Origin: Heterodontus francisci
Taxonomy: Eukaryota
DNA length: 64,000 nucleotides
Reading direction: 5' to 3'
Assembly (NCBI RefSeq): GCF_036365525.1
Contig: NC_090383.1
Location: 6,084,453 to 6,148,452, forward strand
Part shown: positions 39,625 through 51,200 of the stretch, piece by piece
Position numbering within the stretch: the stretch's first letter is position 1
Layout of the letters: each line of letters opens with the position of its first letter
Program-made: the position numbers and the translations under genes
The notes under the pieces: model-generated
Database searches by the model: none
What the model was told of the DNA's origin: nothing
What the model saw: only the letters and a program-made list of their open reading frames with translations

Positions 39625-40282
39625 TTTAATTTCACAGTTTGCAATCTTTTCCCTTTCTCTTACGTGCTTCAAGATTGCTTGGATCAAATTTCTCCTTGCC
39701 AGCCACTTCGAAGCAGAAGCCAAACATCTGGATAAACATTTGCCACCAATGACATTTTAAGCAGTGGATTCTGCAGACTTGTTTCAGACGGCGGGGGCGG
39801 GGAAGGAGCGCAGACGGTTTTGTTTACCTGAGTAACTTTCCTGGTTTGTAGTAAATATTTACGGAAAACTAAATGTGATAGAAATTGGTCGACTCTTATC
39901 TTGGAAGAATTTAGAGATGCTTTCGAACTGCAAAATTACATTTATATAAAAGTGGTCAGACATTTTAATTGAAGTGTTTTTAGAAGTTGTGATTTGTAAA
40001 CATTGGTTGCACAGCCTCCGATAAATTTGGATACAACACTCAAATGCACGAGAATGAATAAGGTTCTCCTTGCACCAGGATGAAAGCTATGTTTTAGCAT
40101 TTTAATCTGCAAGGGTGCTTGCATAGGCTGTTTTTTCTTTTCTCCACCAATTATATTCACCTCCCAGCTGAAAAGCATTGACCCTTTTTAGGATGGAATT
40201 CTCTAAGGAGCAGCTACCATCAAGTACTTTACTGAAGTGGCCATTATTATATGAATGCCTTGACAATGCAAGTAGGCTATCC

Positions 40283-40664
40283 CAATGGTTCTCAAACATT
40301 TTTGATTGAAGGGCCCCTTTTGAAATAGATTAGTAATCACAGACCCCCTTTCTAAATTACAATACTATACCATACTCATAATATGAAAGTGCTGCAAGTA
40401 AAGAGTGTTTTAATAATGCTTTAAAAAAGCAGGTATTTATTATTACAGATAATTACTTACAGATGTAGTGATCATGTCATTCTCAGCGGTCTTCCATGTG
40501 CACTCCCCCAGGTGAGCCAGCCAGTACACTCTGGCCTGCACATGTGGCAGCTGCACTCCGCTCTCGGCTCGCACCAAACCTGCATCCGGACACCACTCAA
40601 CTATTTTGCAGGCCCCCTGCAAAGCCTCTACAGACCCCCGAGGTCCACAGTTTGAGAACTACTG
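40283..40664. mobile_element. hAT (Charlie/MER5-like) MITE upstream of OTOR
   Basis: TIR CAATGGTTCTCAAA...TTTGAGAACTACTG; 8-bp TSD GGCTATCC/GGCTATTC. Confidence 0.85.
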
Positions 40665-41782
40665 GGCTATTCCACCATGGTAACCATCACAGCCAAGCCT
40701 AATCCAGTCCTCACTCAACATCCAACATTGTTTGCAGTATTCAGGAGCAGCAAGCTAAGGTAGGTTTCTCCTTATGCAGAGAGCCCTTGATCAAATAAGG
40801 GAAATAAGGAGACATTTCTCTACCCAGAGAGTGGTTCGGATGTGGAACTCACCACCACAGGAAGTGGTTGAGGCAAATAGCTTAGATGCTTTCAAAAGGA
40901 AATTAGAGAAGTACATGAGAGAAAAGGGAATAGAAAACTATGATGAAAGGATGAGGTGAGGTAGATGGAATGGGAGGAGACTCATGTGGATTATAAACAC
41001 CGGCACAGACTAGTTAAGCCGAATGACCTGTTTCTGAGTTGCAAGTTCTATGCAATACTTTATAAAAACATAGCAAACTTAGCATCTCCCAAGCCAGAAG
41101 ACTCCGCACAGGCTGGGGATCCACCCTGCGATCCTGTATGGCTCAACTATTCCCTAGTAAAAGCTCACTAATCCAGTTCATTATTAACAAACCCTGAGCT
41201 GCCAGCTGTATTCCTATTCCCTCAATCTCTAGCAATCTTGATGGGCTTCCATTTCCAGAACTTTAAGTGTTCCTCTGTCATTCAGGATAAGAGGATTTTT
41301 TTGGGAATGAAACAAACAGGTAAGGGAGTTAAAGGCCAAGATCTCTGAGCAAGCTTTTGTTCTCAATGTGCCAATAGTCCATACAGATTAAAGGAGGGAC
41401 ACCCCTTTCAAAATTCAGTGTGGCTCCTCACACCCAGATCTACAAACAGCTGTACCAAACCTCACTTGTCGGAATATCAGTGCATGCTGAGAATCCAATT
41501 CCCAAGGCGAGTTACAAATTAGACTTGATGGCTCAAATGTGAATGTAAAAGCTTGACTAACTTTAATGCAGGATGATTCTTTGGAATCTTAGTATTTCCT
41601 GCTTTAACTGGCAATGTCTGAAAGACAGCATTGCAGGATGATCAATAGATGAATTTACAACAACAACATACAATTTGCATTTCCATAGCACCTTTAAACT
41701 AGTAAAACATCTTAAGGCACTTCATAGCAGGGTTTTCAAACAAAATTTGACACTGAGCTTCATAAGGCGATACTAGGGCAGT

Positions 41783-42456
41783 TTTCTTTTATTCATTCCT
41801 GGGATGTGGGCATCGCTGGCCAGGCCAGCATTTCTTGCCCATCCCTAATTGCCCTTGAGAAGGTGGTGGTGTGCTGCCTTCTTGAACCGCTGCAGTCCAA
41901 GTGGGGTAGGTCCACCAACAGTGCTGTTCGGAAGGGAGTTCCAGGATTTTGACCCAGTGACAGTGAAGGAACAGCGATATAGTTCCAAGTCAGGATGGTG
42001 TGTGACTTGGAGGGAAATTGCAGGTGATGGTGTTCCCATGCATCAGCTGCCCTTGTTCTTCTAGTTGGTAGAGGTCGCAGGTTTGAAAGGTGCTGTCTAA
42101 GAAGCCTTGGTGCATTGCTACGGTGCATCTTGTAGATGGTACACACACTGCCACTGTGCGACGGTGGTGGAGGAAGTGAATGTTTGTAGATGGGGGTGCC
42201 AATCAAGCGGGCTGCTTTGTCCTGGATGGTGTCAAGCTTCTTGAGTGTTGTTGGAGCTGCACCCATCCAGGCAAGTGGAGAGTATTCCATCACACTCCAG
42301 ACTTGTGCCTTATAGATGGTGGACAGACCTTGGGCAGTCAGGAGGTGAGTTCCTTGCCACAGGATTCCTAGTCTCTGACCTGCTCTTGTAGTCACGGTAT
42401 TTATATGGCTACTCCAGTTCAGTTTCTGGTCAATGGTCACCCCCAGGATGTTGATC
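41783..42456 (-). mobile_element. LINE 3' fragment nested in an L2 tail (about 41660-42620)
   Basis: ORF 41793-42458 is near-identical to 18456-18914. Confidence 0.9.
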
Positions 42457-43600
42457 AAACAACTTGGTTTTAAGGAGCATCTTAAAGGAGGAGAGAGAGG
42501 TGGAGACGTTTAGGGAGGGAATTCCAGAGGTTAGGGCCTTGGCAGCTGGAGGCACATGGTTGTGCGATTAAAATAGAGAGTTGGAGGATCTCAGCTATCT
42601 CAGAGGATTTAGATAGAGTCTTTCAAGACAAACTGTTTCCAGCGGTTGAAGAGTCAATAAACAGAGTGCACAAATTTAAGGTGATTGGCAAAAGAACCAG
42701 AGGCGAGGTGAGGAAAACATTTTTCACGCAATGAATGGTTAGCATTTGGAATGCATAGGGCTGGTGGATACAGATTCAATAGTAGCCTTCAAAAGAGAAT
42801 TGGATAAATACTTGAAGGAGAAAAAATTGCAGGGATATGGGGAATGAGTGGCAGAGTAGGACTAACTAGATTGCTTTTCAAAAGAGCAGGCACAGACTCA
42901 ATGGGCTGATTGTTCTCCTTCTAGGCAGTATCAGTCTATGATTCTATGATATGGCAGGCAAGTCAGATTCATCATAACAGAAATTAAACTACCTGCTACA
43001 TCACACATAAAGGCATTGGTAAGACATAGTGCTCTAAGCAATTATTTATATAGAGGCCGCAATTCACCATAGAGTGTATTAAAAAATGTGTTACATGCTA
43101 CAAGCTGGCTTGCATAAAAAAGTCCGGGTCCAACTGTAAAGGTCAGTTCAGCCCTGAACATTTTTTCCCCTGGGAAGTACATCTGGTATCCAACATTGAA
43201 ATTATGTCTCTTTCTCACTGATCAGGAGTTGGCCTCTATTAAAATATATCAACATATGTCTGTTGTGTATGTGTGTATATCCCCATTATATGCTGCATTT
43301 AGCTGAATTAAAAACAATGGAAAACTGAATAGTCCTTTAAAATTTTCAGAAAGTGGACTTGTAAATTTTAAAAATCTTTACGACCCCGATTTTTCTGTGA
43401 ACAGCTTTCGAAGTTCAGCCCACTCACTGGTGCTTGCAGGCTATTATTGAGCTTGCCAACAGAGCCTTTCCACCATCGGCATCTGTTTGAATGCAGCAGC
43501 GGGGGATCTGTGGTGTGTTTGAGTAGGACACGCAGCAGAGAGGCTCATCAACCAATCAGATTGAAGAATCATCACTGGGACACACAAGGTTGGATTTAAT

Positions 43601-45138
43601 GGCTGGATTTTTTAAGAGCCCGCCGCTGATCTCGGCGGAGAGCTCAAAAAATGGCGGGCTCAAAAGCCCAAAAGCTGCCACGATCTCTTGCGCAGCGGCT
43701 CATTTAAATAGCCGGGGCGCCCTGCCCTGCCAGTCACGTAGAGGGGGCAGGCTGTTCGTCCCCGGCAATGGCGTCACCTGCTTGTGCACAGGCACTGGTG
43801 CCATTTTTAAAGGGCAGCCAACCCTGCCAGTCAATTTGAATTTTTAAAGATACGCCCACCCCCCAAAATAAATTTCTAATGCCCTTTTCCCAACCCCCCC
43901 AATAATAATTAGATTAACTATTTGCCCGACTTCCCCCAAAACACTGACCTTTCAAATCTGACCTCCCCCAAGACTGCACAATGTTTGAAGTTCACCCCCT
44001 TCCCACCATCCCCTACACCCATTACATTTATTTGACCCTGTCAACACCCCCCGCGCTGAAAATCTTACCTCCTCCCCCCTCCCTACCAGTGTCACGCCAC
44101 CTTGCCCTGGATGGGGAATTGAAGGCACAGGAGCGCTGGCTGCCATGTCAAAGATCGCAGCGGGCCCGGAAGATTGAAGATAAGTCCATTTAAATTTATT
44201 CATGAAATGAATTTAAATATTGAAATCCAGGTCCCCTCACCCAGTGGCAGGAGGCTGCCACGGAGCCTCACCGCCACTGGGAGGATCAGGCCGGGCCCTC
44301 TTGATGTTGGGCTCTGTGATGGAGCACTGCCAGCCCCATCTTTCAGACCTCCCCATCACGGAGACCAACGTCGAGGGCTTGGTAAAATCCAGCCCAACAT
44401 TCCCGCTGCCAGGAGCAGCGGTGGGTGAAAAATTGGCAGCCTGCCGCCATGCTGCCACAATCCAGTGCACGGCGGCACAAGTGAATACGCTGGTCGGGCC
44501 GTTCCCCCAATGACGTGGTGGAGGCAGTCTCTGCGATGCCAGCAACGGCATCAGCTGCCTCTGCACAGGTGCTGGCGCCATTTTTAAAGGGCAGGCAGAC
44601 CTGCCTCTAAATTTAAATACCCCTCCAGGACACTGCAAAAAAAAAGACCTCTTCCACCCCCAGCCAATTACACTTACATATAATAGTCACCCTCTCTCCC
44701 CCCAAAACACTTACATGGAAGATTTGACCATCCCCCCCACCAACTATTCAAAGTGCAAAGGTCACCACTTCCCCCGCTCCGCTATATTATACGTGCTGAT
44801 TTGACTCCGTCCTCCAACCTATTACACTAAAAATCTTAAGTACCCCCTTCCCCACCCCAGTGGTGCCAGCTTTCCCTGGAAAGGAAAGTGAAGGCACACG
44901 AAAGACCTGTAAGATCACTGTCAATTTTATTGAAATGTATTCATGCTCTTCATTTAAATACTTAAAGTCGGCTCCTGTTGCCGAGCAGCGGGGGTCCGCC
45001 ACGGAGCCTCACCGCCGCCGGGAAGATCAGACCCGGCACTCCCGGCGTTGGACTCTGTGGCAGGCCGCTGCCGGTATGATCTTCCATCCCCCTCGCCACC
45101 ATGGATTCTGACGAAGGGACCTTAACAAAATTCAGCCC
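43601..45138 (+). mobile_element. Two adjacent Harbinger-type MITEs (43601-44395 and about 44400-45138)
   Basis: GGCTGGATTTT...AAAATCCAGCCC, followed by a second body ending AAAATTCAGCCC; both contain G.GCCATTTTTAAAGGGC. Confidence 0.8.
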
Positions 45139-47345
45139 ACAGACTGCAAAGCAGGAAGTAATAAAACAGGAAAATGACATTTAAATCATTGTACAGGAAG
45201 CAAAATAGAGATTGGAAATACACACAGGTTTAAGGGAAAGACATGAAAGAGAAAAACTATTTAAACAATTACTTTAATTTTTATTATTTAAATAATCTGC
45301 AATATTAATTTTCTTCACTTGTAAAATAATTGTTTTCAGGGCCAGAGAGATTGTTCAGCAGTAATTGGCACTTTTTAAGCCATTAAAAATTCAGTTATTT
45401 CTCATTGAACAAGCCTTAACATTTGTTTTTGGTATGAGACTAGTGGGTAATTAGCCTAAGTTCACACTATTACAGTGATCTTTGAGCAGATTCCCTCGGT
45501 GAATACTGCAACAGTGCAGCCTGTGAATTAGTAGGGTAACACTGAAAGCATCTTCCAGATTTCTGCCTTTAACTGTGCATGTGCAGACACCAGAGATTGC
45601 TGTCCAATTTGCTCAGTAATAATGGCGATGGCTGCCAGCCTTGCTGTTATTAGTACAGCAAAATCCACACAATTATTTCTTTATAAATTGCCATCAAAGG
45701 ATCACATCCACTTGAATTCGTTTTCAATAAAATGAATATGTCTCTGGGTTCCGCTGATGAGTCATTGAAACAGACAGGTACTAATTTCTTATAGAAAGCA
45801 TTTTAAAACACCCAGAAAATGCTGAAGGTTAGGTATTTTATATTATTACATTAGAATATTACATTCAATCCATCTACTTGTGCACTTAACATGCTTTTAA
45901 AAAGTTCTTTGAATGTCACAGTGCACTACTTTCAAGTGTTTAATACCGCAGCAAACCACAATATACCACAAAATTCTAAAAATTCAAATAATTACCTGTC
46001 AACTCTCATTGGCCCAGAAAATGCTGGAAAAATAAGAGCCCATGGTGCCTGCTGCTATTTAGTGCGTAAAAAACCCCCAGTAACTTGTGGCGAGGAAGAG
46101 ATACAGAATTGTAACAAGTTGCTGGATGATTTGCACCCTTCACCATTAGCCTCATGAGAGCAGGAGCTCATCGTCAACCTCTTGAGTTTCAAGAAATTTC
46201 TGGATTTGGAGCATAAACACGAATTAGGTTCACCGCAGCAGCTATGGCTGCTATTTCATGGTGTAAGGATCCAGTTAATGGTGTGATTTTATAGTCCTGA
46301 CAAGGCCCAGAAAGGGAACAATTATAATTGTGGAATTTCACTCCTGCAGGTAGTAAATTCTTCCTGAAGTTTTATTTTTAAATTCTACTTTTCCTTTCTG
46401 TCTCTCTCTTCATTCAATCTTTCTTTCCCTCTCTTTACTTCTCTTTTTGTGTCTAATTTGACTCTATTTCTCTCTCTGTTATTTGCTCTGTTTCTTTATC
46501 ATTAAATTTCATTGGTTAAGGAGAGAGACCATTGGACTCACTGATATCCCAGGTGCCCCATTGCTCTCACTGCGCTATTAGCAGCTTACATTTGCAGCCA
46601 CTAATAATACGGCCAGAAGGGTGAGATAAAAATCCGCTTCACGGCGAAATGCGCCGCTCCAGAAATTTTTGGGCCTTTATCTATATTACCAATGTAATGA
46701 CGAAAAATGTATTTTTATTAACCAGCAGAAGATTTGTACTGTACTTACAGATACTGGTCACAGCTGGAAATGCTATAAATATAATTATTGAAAACATGTA
46801 ATGAATATTATCAATAATATTAAGTAGAAAGGAATGTCTTCATGTGTGCAAATTAATTTTGGAGCTCAGTTAAAGGTTGTCCAACTTTATGTTCAGTCTA
46901 AATTATGAGCTTGTAATCACTCCCTGTATTGTATTTAAAAGAACATTAAAAAGAGGAGAAATTGAGTGGCATAATTAAACAAATGCTGTCCAAACACTAT
47001 CAGACTTGAAGAAAATACATTCCAAAATGGGAGTATAAACACTTCTTTCTCTGATGGTAGTCTTTTGTCTATTGAGTCGAGATTAGATGTGCATCCAATC
47101 AATTTGGAAAATAGAAATGCATTATTAAAAAAGAAAACATATATAAGTGAAAGTATTTAAATATGCCTCAAATGATTTCTTGTTTACTTATATTTCCAAG
47201 GAAATGACCCATAAAATCTATATCATTGAGTGAACTGCTCCATTTCAAGTCCCAGCAAACAAATTGAAAATGTTAAGTGGACTTCTTAAGAAAAATGGTA
47301 ATGATGTTAGTCAAACAAAGGAACTTGGAAATAATTTGTTGTATT

Positions 47346-47688
47346 GGGGCAGCACAGCAGTTAGCACTGCCGCCTCACAGTTCCAGTGACCCGGGTTTGG
47401 TTCTCGGTACTGCCTGTGTGGAGTTTGCAAGTTCTCCCTGTGACCATGTGGGTTTCCGTTGGGTGCTCTGGTTTCCTCCCACTGCCAAAGACTTGTAGGT
47501 TGATAGGTAAATTGACCATTGTAAATTGCCCCTAGTGATGGTAGGAGAATGGTAGGGAATATGGGATTAATGTAGGAGGGGATGTGGTTAGGAATATGGG
47601 ACTAATGTAGGATTAGTATAAATGGGTGGTTGATGGTCAGCACAGACTCGGTGGGCCGAAGGGCCTGTTTCAGTGCTGTATCTCTCCA
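47346..47688 (+). mobile_element. HE1/V-SINE-like SINE
   Basis: Head, core and tail match the other copies. Confidence 0.9.
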
Positions 47689-50600
47689 TGAATCATTAAT
47701 TGTTTTACCCATCCATTAATTTATTTTCATGCAAAATAAAGTTCTGCACATCTCCCAGGTAAATATTGGTTTACACATTCCTGAGACTGAACCAGAATCT
47801 AACACAATTGCGCTGTTATTCCCACTGAAATTAAACATTCAGAGAAACGTGTACCTCTCAATGCTACATCAAGTGTTACTTTCATAACTCAAAACACATT
47901 TTGGCAAAGTTATTTTACCACATCTGCAATCAGAATAATTGAGACTCTGTTAACCTGTGGGATGCACATTTCCCAAACCTGCCAAATGCAAATGTAGTAA
48001 ACAGAATGTGCAAGGAAGAGATATGTGGCTTACTTAATTATTTCTGTTGATTGTTTTTCAGCATTAAATTATATTTTCTTACAATTTCTGATATCAGATC
48101 GAAGAGATTAATTTATTTTCTTTACTTTTCTGGATAGTTGAGTCCCTGAAAGGTTCTGAACGTTGGATGTTTAAGGTAAGTAACCTTTTAAACTACAAAT
48201 ATTCTTGTTGGAATTATTCAATTGCATAGCCATGGTTCCAGTCACAAGAGTCAAAAGTGAGAAAATATTAGAGCACTTGACGATAAACAACATAAGTGAC
48301 TCGTCAATGAATCACTCTTGATTAAACAAGTGAAATTCAGAACATTAATGGATGTTTTCAAAAGCTATGCCTTAGCCATCCGTGCCACATCTTGATAATA
48401 AATGACAATCGCTCTATCCCCCAGTGTACTATATATTAAATTGGTTATGTACGTCACACACTCCTTATTGGAATTGGTTATTCCAGTCTGCAGGAATTAC
48501 AGTCAAACCTGCTTTGCCTTAAGCAAAAAAAAAACTCAGCTGAATTATTTCAGTCACACCAGAGTGGGAGACACTTTAGAGCCACATATTTGGAAGATTG
48601 GCTGGAAATATCGACAAGAGAAAGCAAATTATTATTACTTATTGAAATAGTGAAATGAAGAGTAAGAAGATACGCAAAATATATTTTTAAAAGCACCTTG
48701 AAAGAGAAAAGGTGGGTTAATATTTTGGCTAGAGACCCATCATTAGAAATCCTAGCATTTCTGTTTTTATTTCACATATCCAACATTTGCAGTTTTATTT
48801 ACATCAGAGGATTCGCAATCTGGATGGAAGTATAACACTCCAGTCCTCGTCAGTGAAGTAATAGGTTATAACCAACCGTATTGTGATTCATCTAATGGAT
48901 CCTGTGCTGTACTATTTTATGATTCTATGAACATCTTCAATTTCACTTCAATGCTTGACGAAACCAGTCTACAACCCTGATTTTAACTCAGAGTGGGGAG
49001 AAGGGGGTTTTGAGGCAGTGGGGGGTGGGGGGGGGGGGGGTTGCTGGTTGGAAGGAATGTGGTGTGTGGGGACCAGGGCAGGAGTGAAATCCTAATAAAG
49101 CTGTTGACAGGAGACCTGGATAATTTTAAGTCCCAGGCCATATTTTATTTTGGGGGTTTGGACACCCACCGGAACCCAGCAGGAAGGTGGGAGCAGGATT
49201 CTGGGTGGCTAGAGGTGGCCACCAGGGACACAAGGGAACATTCCCTGGCAGAAGGCAAGTGGTGAAGAACTGGAAGTGTTTGCTTTTGGGGAAGGCACAC
49301 AATTTCCCTGTGGGGCCTGGAGGAGCGAATGGGAATGCAAATAGCTCCAGCATTTCCTGCTTAGCATTAAAATAAGGTCCAACCATGAAAAAGATTTGGG
49401 CCTCCTGTTGATGTTATCGGGTGGACAAAGCCTGATTTGTCCAGTTTGCACAAAAAAATTACCCCATGACATTTTATAAAAACATGTGGCCAATCTAGTG
49501 TCAGTTATACTTTATTGACCTAGCGTTAAATATATCCCAATTTGGTTTCGTAGCTTCATAAATTGTGGAGCCTTAAAAGTCTGCATTGGATCTAGACATC
49601 ATTGAATCATAGAATAGTACGGCACAGAAGGAGCCCATTTGGTTCGTCAAGTCTGTGCCGGCTCTTTCGAAGAGCAATCCAGTTTGTCCGACTTCATTGC
49701 TCTTTCCCCATATCCCTATAATTTTTTTCTCCTTGCAATGCTTCTTTGGAACCCCTTGCCTTTCCAAAGTCAGCTGAAATATGGACAGTGTACAGAGGAA
49801 TGTCGTCTGTACCTGATCTTTGGAACTTTCCTTTGCGTAGACTCAATTATGGACTTGAAATATAAGGCAAAGAGTGGGGAAAGTAAATCCAACACCAGAC
49901 AAAGAAGAGTTTACAATTTGCTATCAATCATTTTTCACCCAGCATTTTAAAGGTAAAATTACCACCACTGACAATTTCAAATGGGTAAAGTCAATCATGA
50001 TAATAGCTTTTACAATGGCTGATGGACTTTTATCAGTTTGATTGGATAACAATGGGCTTGGGTAAAGTTCCACTTATTGATTAAGCTTTCAGTGGATTTT
50101 TGGTCTTCAAATCGCACAATGCTATTGAAATGGGCAGGACATCATGAAACAAACTCCAACTGGACTACTACTCTTCCCATTGCCACAGGACTCATCTTTC
50201 TCCTCATCTACTACTTCTCTTTCCCACAGGACACCAAATGTCCTTTTGGTAGTCCGATTTCACTGAACATGCGCTTTCAAAATTTGAGAGGAAATAAGTA
50301 AGCTGATGACAATACTGTTGAAAAAAGGATAGCTATGGCGTACTTTGGTAATTTCCAAATTTCACAGGTTGACAACTTTTGTGGGTAAAATCGGAAAACA
50401 TACCTAGAACCAACTGAGGGTGGTGTAGCGGGCTTTTATTAAACTCCAGAGAATCCAGTCTAATTCACATCACAGATAAGGATCTCTGTTGTCACTGTTT
50501 TCAGTGACATTGTCAACTTGTTACTGAAGATTTTCTCTGCTCAGGGTTACTAATGACGTCATAAATGAGGCCTGGTAAAGCAGATTTGTAACTTCACTAA

Positions 50601-51073
50601 ATATTGAATACTGAACACTAATTATTAAGTTCTGGCACGGACACATTGGGCGGATTGGCCTCCTTCTGTGCCGTAAATCTTTAAGTTTCTTTCTATGCTT
50701 CTATGAAGAGGAAGTCACAGATGCATTTACAATGTTACTACAAATAATGACCAAACGATTTCTTGTTCCTCTGAGAGCAATCTGATGGCAGATTGGTACT
50801 ATGGAAAGAGATGTGTTGGATGAAGGAAGCACACACACAGGAACAGGAGAAGAGCCTTCAGCCCCCTACAATGAGATCATGGCTGATCTGTGGCCTAACT
50901 CCATATATCTACCTTTTCTCCATATCCCTTAATACACTTGGTTAACAAAAGTATAGAAATCTCAAATTTAAAATGAACAAATGATCTAGCATTAATTGTC
51001 ATTTGCAGAAGAGAATTCTAAACTTCTACCACACTTTGCATGTAGAAGTGTTTCTTTACTTCACTCCTGAAAG

Positions 51074-51200
51074 TTCTGAAGAAGGGTCACTGACCCGAAA
51101 CGTTAACTCTGCTTCTCTTTTCACAGATGCTGCCAGACCTGCTGAGTGGTTCCAGCATTTCTTGTTTTTTTTCAGATTTCCAGCATCTGCAGTATTTTGC
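51074..51200 (+). mobile_element. Penelope-like terminal fragment inserted in a CR1 tail
   Basis: Flanked by the direct repeat TTTACTTCACTCCTGAAAG (about 19 bp). Confidence 0.65.

Noticed and set aside
39625-39723. N-terminal extension of OTOR in the ORF track
   Set aside because: It starts at a non-ATG codon; the ATG at 39624 has a good Kozak context and begins the signal peptide.
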